A stretch of DNA of 13,086 nt from a virus (lineage: Duplodnaviria > Heunggongvirae > Uroviricota > Caudoviricetes). This document shows, piece after piece, positions 8,304 through 13,086 of the stretch (its first letter is position 1; each line of letters starts with the position of its first letter). Both the position numbers and the translations under genes were made by a program. The stretch covers positions 1-13,086 of the IMG/VR virus record IMGVR_UViG_2713896897_000017; one strand, given 5' to 3'. The notes below the pieces were generated by a model, which worked only from the letters and a program-made list of their open reading frames with translations, searched no databases and was not told the origin of the DNA.

Positions 8304-8786
8304 GTGAGCAAACTGTATGAAATTGCCAATGAATACGCAAAGCTGATGGATTTAGATTTAGAGCCAGAGATGATTGCTGACACAATAGAAGGCATGGAAG
8401 GAGAATTTACCGATAAAATAGAGCAACTTCTTGCCATTATTAAAAATGAGTCTGGTTATGCTGAACGCCTCAAGGAAGAGGCAAAGTCACTGAATGAAAG
8501 AGCAGCAGTAATTCAAAATAAGATTGATAGCATTATGACGTATATAGCGTCATCGCTTGAAATGGTTGGAAAGAAAAAGATTCGAGCAGGTATTCACCAG
8601 GTAACAATCCGCAAACCGTCAGAAACTGTAGAAATCATCGACTCAAGCGCCCTTCCTCCTGAATACGTTGAGTTCGAAACGACAATTAAAGCCGACAAAC
8701 TGGCAATCAAACACCAACTAAAAGCAGGAATAAATATCCCCGGTGCTCAACTCAAAGTTGGGAAACCTTCACTTCTTATCAAATAA
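8304..8786 (+). CDS. Sipho_Gp157-like protein (commonly found next to phage recombinases)
   Basis: 160 aa from GTG at 8304 with GGAGG 6 nt upstream (track ORF starts at TTG 8298); coiled-coil-rich N-terminus and overall resemblance to the Gp157 family. Confidence 0.55.
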   Translation: MSKLYEIANEYAKLMDLDLEPEMIADTIEGMEGEFTDKIEQLLAIIKNESGYAERLKEEAKSLNERAAVIQNKIDSIMTYIASSLEMVGKKKIRAGIHQVTIRKPSETVEIIDSSALPPEYVEFETTIKADKLAIKHQLKAGINIPGAQLKVGKPSLLIK

Positions 8787-8797
8787 CGGTATCGCCT

Positions 8798-9112
8798 ATG
8801 AAAAAGACTCCTTGGGAGAAATGGGAAGTCGATTTCTTACGCGAAGTAGCGGCGACAATGCCAGTTGAAGTTATCGCTGAAAAACTGGAAAGGACTGAAA
8901 AAGCAGTAATGGCGAAAGCAACAAGGATTGGCGCTGACATTGTTAGCCGACTTCGTGGAAGACGCTGGACAAGAGCCGAAGTATCACTTTTCGGTAAGTT
9001 CTCCGCAGAAGAAATAGCAATTGCAACCTGCCGCTCAATTTATTCAGTAAGAGCTATGCGATACAAGCTAAAAAAACTCGATGAAGAAAGAGCAGGCATA
9101 CGAATAAATTAA
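8798..9112 (+). CDS. Hypothetical 104-aa protein with an internal tandem repeat (possible DNA-binding)
   Basis: ORF; two roughly 40-aa units starting W..(W)EV.F and W.RAEV.LF, each followed by E(E)IA...R......A...K, suggest a duplicated helical module. Confidence 0.5.
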   Translation: MKKTPWEKWEVDFLREVAATMPVEVIAEKLERTEKAVMAKATRIGADIVSRLRGRRWTRAEVSLFGKFSAEEIAIATCRSIYSVRAMRYKLKKLDEERAGIRIN

Positions 9113-9128
9113 CAAAGAGGAATTTACC

Positions 9129-9296
9129 ATGAGAGGACTTGCATACAACCCCGGCATTCTTCCTGCAGAAATGATTATTCGCCAACGCGTAAAGCCAATG
9201 CCATCGAGAGAGGAATTGCTTAAGAGAAAGAGTTTCGGTTCTGTTAATGACAACAAATATCTGAATGCGATGTTGCGCAAAGGAGGCAACCAATGA
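9129..9296 (+). CDS. Hypothetical 55-aa protein
   Basis: Manual translation [55 protein letters not shown]; AAAGAGG RBS about 8 nt upstream; its stop overlaps the next gene start (ATGA). Confidence 0.4.
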   Translation: MRGLAYNPGILPAEMIIRQRVKPMPSREELLKRKSFGSVNDNKYLNAMLRKGGNQ

Positions 9297-9646
9297 GCAA
9301 GATTGACTATCAGGCACTGCGTGAAAAGGCAGAGAAAGCAACGTGTGGTGTGTGGTCGCTCGAATATGGAGAGAGCCGATTTGATTGTGATGATGCGCTA
9401 ATTCATCGTGACGTTGTTGGATATCTTCCCATTTGCAGAATTGAAGGAGCGCATCCTGAAAGCGGTTTCGATGAAGATTTCCAAATGGAACAGCAGGCCA
9501 ATGCTGAATTCATCGCCGCAGCCAATCCGGCTACTGTGCTGGCACTACTGGATGAAAACGAAAGACTGTGTCGCGAGCTGATAGCTCGTAATGGTGAGAT
9601 TGAAGGGCTTCGGAAGTGGGCAGAAGAACGGGAGATGCAACCATGA
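9293..9646 (+). CDS. Ead/Ea22-like protein (paralogue 1)
   Basis: 117-aa ORF with the conserved block [24 protein letters not shown] characteristic of the Ead/Ea22 family. Confidence 0.65.
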   Translation: MSKIDYQALREKAEKATCGVWSLEYGESRFDCDDALIHRDVVGYLPICRIEGAHPESGFDEDFQMEQQANAEFIAAANPATVLALLDENERLCRELIARNGEIEGLRKWAEEREMQP

Positions 9647-10089
9647 TGACTTTTACCAGCGAACAATTAGCTACCTTACGTAAGATAGCGCAACAGGCAA
9701 CACAGGGCGAATGGCGTGCATTCATCTCGCCGGACACTGGTACATATGCGGTGCATACGCCGGGGGATGAACGTTGCGGAGACATTATCAAATGGCCTGG
9801 CTTTGACGACCAGAAAAATGCAGAGAACAACGCAGAATTTATCGCAGCTTTCAACCCTAAATTAGTGCAGACACTGCTGGATGAACGGGAAAGAAACCAG
9901 CAATACATCAAATCACGCGACCAGGAGAACGAGGATATTGCGCTAACGGTAGGGAAGCTGCGCGTTGAGCTTGAGGAGGCAAAATCAAAACTCAACGAGC
10001 AGCGTGAGTATTACGAAGGTGTTATCTCGGATGGGAGTAAGCGTATTGCTGAACTGGAGAAGTTACGAAACATGCTGTCCAGAATGTAA
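9643..10089 (+). CDS. Ead/Ea22-like protein (paralogue 2)
   Basis: 148 aa from the ATG at 9643 (overlaps the previous stop); shares NNAEFIAAFNPKLVQTLLDERER with the upstream paralogue; C-terminal coiled-coil. Confidence 0.65.
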   Translation: MMTFTSEQLATLRKIAQQATQGEWRAFISPDTGTYAVHTPGDERCGDIIKWPGFDDQKNAENNAEFIAAFNPKLVQTLLDERERNQQYIKSRDQENEDIALTVGKLRVELEEAKSKLNEQREYYEGVISDGSKRIAELEKLRNMLSRM

Positions 10090-10130
10090 CCATGAATTTA
10101 AAACAGATTTCGTGTATTGAGGTATAACAA

Positions 10131-11051
10131 ATGACCACTATTACCAGAGAACAAGCTCTGAAAATTATTGAGGCAGCCGATGAGGTTATTAGTGCGTTTG
10201 CCGGAACTAACGAGGATGTTCACCCTGGTAGCGAAAACATGCTACGCCTGTGGGATGACCTGAATGACCGTTACGCGCCGCCGGAAGTTGTGCGTGAGCT
10301 GGCACGGATTGCACTGGCATCGCTGGAAGCAGAGCCGGTGGTTTACATGTGGGATAGCGAAAGAAAAGATATTGATGCCCCCGGGTATTATCGGACTGAG
10401 CATTTAGTGTTCGCTGAGAGTAGTGTTAAGCAATGGGGAGGGCGAGTTGTTCCACTTTACACCGCACCGCCAGCGACGGTAATACAGGCTGATGTCGCGC
10501 AAGCAATTGAAAATCTCAAGCAGAAGTTAGTGGAATGCAATTGCTATAGCTACTGCGCAGATGCAGTTAAAGGCATAGAGGGGGCTTGCCGTGCTGTTAT
10601 CTATAGCCAAGTCGATAATCCACCAGCATCTGGTAGCCAGGCTGCTGAATCCAATCGCAGTAATGAGTGGACTGGCAATCCTGATATTGATAACGCCATC
10701 ATCATGCTCGACCGCATAGATACGGCGGAAAGTTACGATGATGACCGTATTGAGGCTGTTAAGGTTGTTTTGCGTAGACTGGCTGGCAACTCTCCGGTAA
10801 CTCCGGATGGTTGGATAAGCTGTAGTGAGCGAATGCCAGAAATGGGAGAGCGACAATGCTATGTGTTAGCAGCAGACTTTATAAACAACTACCCACCAAA
10901 CATCCCCAACACTCAGGTCGGCGTATATGGCGACTGGTTTAATGATGGCAATCCCACTTGGGATGACGGTGATGGCGAAGACCTGTATCTCAAAGAGGTA
11001 ACCCACTGGATGCCCCTACCAGAGCCACCGCAGGAGGTTAACCGTGGCTAA
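10131..11051 (+). CDS. DUF551-domain protein
   Basis: 306-aa ORF; the C-terminal region W.SCSERMPE...VL...........VGVY.DW......W.DG......EVTHWMPLPEPP matches the DUF551 pattern common in enterobacterial prophages; the N-terminal two-thirds are unassigned. Confidence 0.6.
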   Translation: MTTITREQALKIIEAADEVISAFAGTNEDVHPGSENMLRLWDDLNDRYAPPEVVRELARIALASLEAEPVVYMWDSERKDIDAPGYYRTEHLVFAESSVKQWGGRVVPLYTAPPATVIQADVAQAIENLKQKLVECNCYSYCADAVKGIEGACRAVIYSQVDNPPASGSQAAESNRSNEWTGNPDIDNAIIMLDRIDTAESYDDDRIEAVKVVLRRLAGNSPVTPDGWISCSERMPEMGERQCYVLAADFINNYPPNIPNTQVGVYGDWFNDGNPTWDDGDGEDLYLKEVTHWMPLPEPPQEVNRG

Positions 11052-11328
11052 CCTGCAACTTGCCGTTAACGGTGAATACTTCGATGCCATGATTCGCGGA
11101 GAGAAAACAGAAGAATATCGCCTGTGTAATGACTACTGGAATAAGCGAATTATGTTCCGCGAGTATGACCGCCTGATTATCACAAAGGGATATCCGAAGC
11201 GCGATGATTCCAGCCGCAGAATAGACGTCCCGTATGACGGATATGAAATCAAGACAATCACACATCCGCACTTCGATGATAAACCGGTAAAGGTATACGC
11301 GATAAAGGTAAATATCGGCACTGAATAA
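11044..11328 (+). CDS. ASCH-like (PUA-fold) small protein
   Basis: 94-aa ORF from GTG; the N-terminus YFDAMIRGEKTEEYRL fits the ASCH GxKxxExR signature (compare E. coli YqfB FQDDILAGRKTITIR). Confidence 0.45.
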   Translation: MANLQLAVNGEYFDAMIRGEKTEEYRLCNDYWNKRIMFREYDRLIITKGYPKRDDSSRRIDVPYDGYEIKTITHPHFDDKPVKVYAIKVNIGTE

Positions 11329-11353
11329 CAATCCGCACAACACAAGGTCAAGA

Positions 11354-11632
11354 ATGTTCAGAGTGATTTACCCTAACACCTGGTACGTCGACCACCACGG
11401 CACTCCCTGCAAAATCCTGCGTTCCACTCACAACAAAGTTCACTACATCCGAAAAGGCAGAACATGTATCGCCAGCATGTTCCGCTTTAATCATGACTTT
11501 GAACCTGTGAATAAAGCTGACGCAGATCGGATAGCTGAAGAGATCGAAACAGCAGAACACATTAAGAAGTTACGTTCCATGCGCTCAAAAAACAGAGGTA
11601 ACCATGGAATCACACAGCCTCACACTCGATGA
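11354..11632 (+). CDS. Hypothetical 92-aa protein
   Basis: ORF with a basic C-terminus; no family recognised. Confidence 0.4.
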   Translation: MFRVIYPNTWYVDHHGTPCKILRSTHNKVHYIRKGRTCIASMFRFNHDFEPVNKADADRIAEEIETAEHIKKLRSMRSKNRGNHGITQPHTR

Positions 11633-11701
11633 GGACTGTTCATTTCTCAATGGTATCCAAACCTACTGCAATAATACCAATTCAATCAATGGAGATTCCA
11701 A

Positions 11702-12049
11702 GTGGAAGAAGAAATCTTCACTCGTGAAGAGGCAGCATCGTATCTGAAGGTAGACAAAGGCACTATCACGCAGTGGATACGAAGTGGACGACTTCAGGCC
11801 GCAAAGATAAATCCAGATAAACCTAAAAGCCCATATCGCATTTGCAAGTCAGACTGCATTGCGGCGCTTAAGTCTGTGAGACACAATAGCGCGGTGAATG
11901 CGGTTGATGTGCAGGAGGTTAAAGCATGTCAATCAAACTACGCGGTGGCACATGGCACTGCGATTTCGTCGCGCCAGATGTTTCAAGAGTTAGACGCTCT
12001 CTTGAAACATCGGACAAAATGCAAGCGCAAGAACTTCACGATCGTCTGA
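11702..12049 (+). CDS. xis: Excisionase (P22 Xis-like, HTH_17/AlpA-type)
   Basis: 115-aa ORF from GTG with a GGAG RBS; FTREEAASYLKVDKGTITQWIRSGRL is a typical excisionase HTH; overlaps the int start; length close to P22 Xis. Confidence 0.65.
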   Translation: MEEEIFTREEAASYLKVDKGTITQWIRSGRLQAAKINPDKPKSPYRICKSDCIAALKSVRHNSAVNAVDVQEVKACQSNYAVAHGTAISSRQMFQELDALLKHRTKCKRKNFTIV

Positions 12050-13086
12050 AAGCAGAGGCGTGGAGAGTAAAAAATCTCGGGGAATCTCCGAAAAAGCTAT
12101 TCAAGGAAGCCTGCATACGGTGGCTGCGTGAGAAATCGGATAAGAAGTCCATTGATGATGACAAGAGCATTATATCGTTCTGGATGTTGCACTTCAGAGA
12201 AACCATTCTCTCTGACATAACAACAGAAAAAATAATGGAGGCGGTAGACGGGATGGAAAACCGCCGCCATCGCCTGAACTGGGAGATGAGCCGGGACAGG
12301 TGTTTGCGGCTTGGCAAGCCAGTGCCGGAGTATAAACCAAAGCTGGCAAGCAAAGGAACGAAGACGCGGCATCTGGCAATACTTCGCGCTATTCTCAATA
12401 TGGCTGTTGAATGGGGATGGCTTGACAGGGCGCCAAAAATATCAACACCACGCGTTAAGAATGGACGAATCAGATGGCTTACAGAGGAGGAATCGAAGCG
12501 CCTGTTTGCAGAAATTGCTCCTCATTTCTTCCCTGTGGTCATGTTTGCAATCACGACAGGCCTTCGCCGTTCCAACGTTACAGACCTTGAGTGGTCACAG
12601 ATCGATCTGGATAAGAAAATGGCATGGATGCACCCTGATGAAACAAAAGCTGGCAATGCGATCGGAGTTCCTCTTAACGAAACCGCATGCCAGATATTAA
12701 GAAAACAGCAGGGGCTCCATAAGAGATGGGTATTTGTCCACACCAAACCTGCCTACCGAAGCAACGGAACAAAAACAGCAGCGGTAAGGAAGATGAGAAC
12801 CGACAGCAACAAGGCATGGAAGGGAGCGTTAAAGCGGGCAGGCATTAGCAACTTCCGCTTCCATGACCTGAGGCATACCTGGGCAAGCTGGCTGGTTCAG
12901 TCCGGTGTCTCTCTTCTTGCACTTAAAGAGATGGGAGGATGGGAAACTCTCGAAATGGTTCAAAGATATGCCCATCTTTCAGCCGGGCATCTCACCGAGC
13001 ACGCGAGCAAAATCGATGCGATTATAAGTCGCAATGGCACAAATACGGCACAAGAGGAGAACGTGGTTTACTTAAATGCGAGGTAA
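11926..13086 (+). CDS. int: Tyrosine integrase, P22 Int type
   Basis: 386-aa ORF; the N-terminus ...SLETSDKMQAQELHDRLKAEAWRV and the C-terminal catalytic region FRFHDLRHTWASWLVQSGVSLLALKEMGGWETLEMVQRYAHL align by eye with P22 Int as I recall it; the stop codon is the last triplet of the window. Confidence 0.9.
   Translation: MSIKLRGGTWHCDFVAPDVSRVRRSLETSDKMQAQELHDRLKAEAWRVKNLGESPKKLFKEACIRWLREKSDKKSIDDDKSIISFWMLHFRETILSDITTEKIMEAVDGMENRRHRLNWEMSRDRCLRLGKPVPEYKPKLASKGTKTRHLAILRAILNMAVEWGWLDRAPKISTPRVKNGRIRWLTEEESKRLFAEIAPHFFPVVMFAITTGLRRSNVTDLEWSQIDLDKKMAWMHPDETKAGNAIGVPLNETACQILRKQQGLHKRWVFVHTKPAYRSNGTKTAAVRKMRTDSNKAWKGALKRAGISNFRFHDLRHTWASWLVQSGVSLLALKEMGGWETLEMVQRYAHLSAGHLTEHASKIDAIISRNGTNTAQEENVVYLNAR

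Noticed and set aside
7675-8437. Plus- and minus-strand ORFs overlapping recT and the Gp157-like gene (7675-7893, 7788-8090, 8069-8437)
   Set aside because: Alternative-frame or antisense ORFs inside well-supported genes, with no independent support.
9531-9995. 154-aa minus-strand ORF, serine-rich, antisense to the Ead/Ea22-like genes
   Set aside because: Low-complexity shadow ORF on the opposite strand of two well-supported genes; no RBS context.
12036-12398. Three overlapping minus-strand ORFs (120, 91 and 61 aa) inside the integrase gene
   Set aside because: Antisense shadow ORFs within the integrase coding region; compositionally odd (Pro/Ser/Cys-rich).

Overview
The window is the early/immunity region of a mosaic lambdoid (temperate) phage or prophage, in inverted orientation relative to the conventional lambda map. 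It breaks into four blocks. (1) Left, minus strand: the rightward early operon, with cro, nutR, cII, an O-like replication initiator carrying iteron-like repeats, a DnaB-type helicase (P22 gene-12-like rather than lambda P), a tR2-like terminator, a small membrane protein, NinB, and the start of a phage Dam-family N6-adenine methyltransferase that runs off the window. (2) Centre: a phage-434-type immunity region, with cI and cro that I recognise as 434 repressor and 434 Cro, and three ACAA-N6-TTGT operators on each side. (3) Plus strand after cI: a signal-peptide protein translationally coupled to cI, then OL/PL, a lambda-type nutL and N, Ral, an unknown acidic 122-aa protein, CIII-like and Kil-like proteins, a RecT-family recombinase with a Sipho_Gp157-like protein, and a run of small unknown genes (two tandem Ead/Ea22-like paralogues, a DUF551 protein, an ASCH-like protein). 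(4) Right end: a P22-type excisionase and tyrosine integrase ending at the last base, so attP lies beyond the window. No tRNA, rRNA, CRISPR array or IS element was seen. The best candidates for undescribed biology are the lysogen-expressed secreted protein after cI, the unknown genes around ral and cIII, the accessory block between Gp157 and xis, and several unannotated micro-ORFs. All similarity statements come from recall of protein families and reading the sequence by eye; no searches were run.
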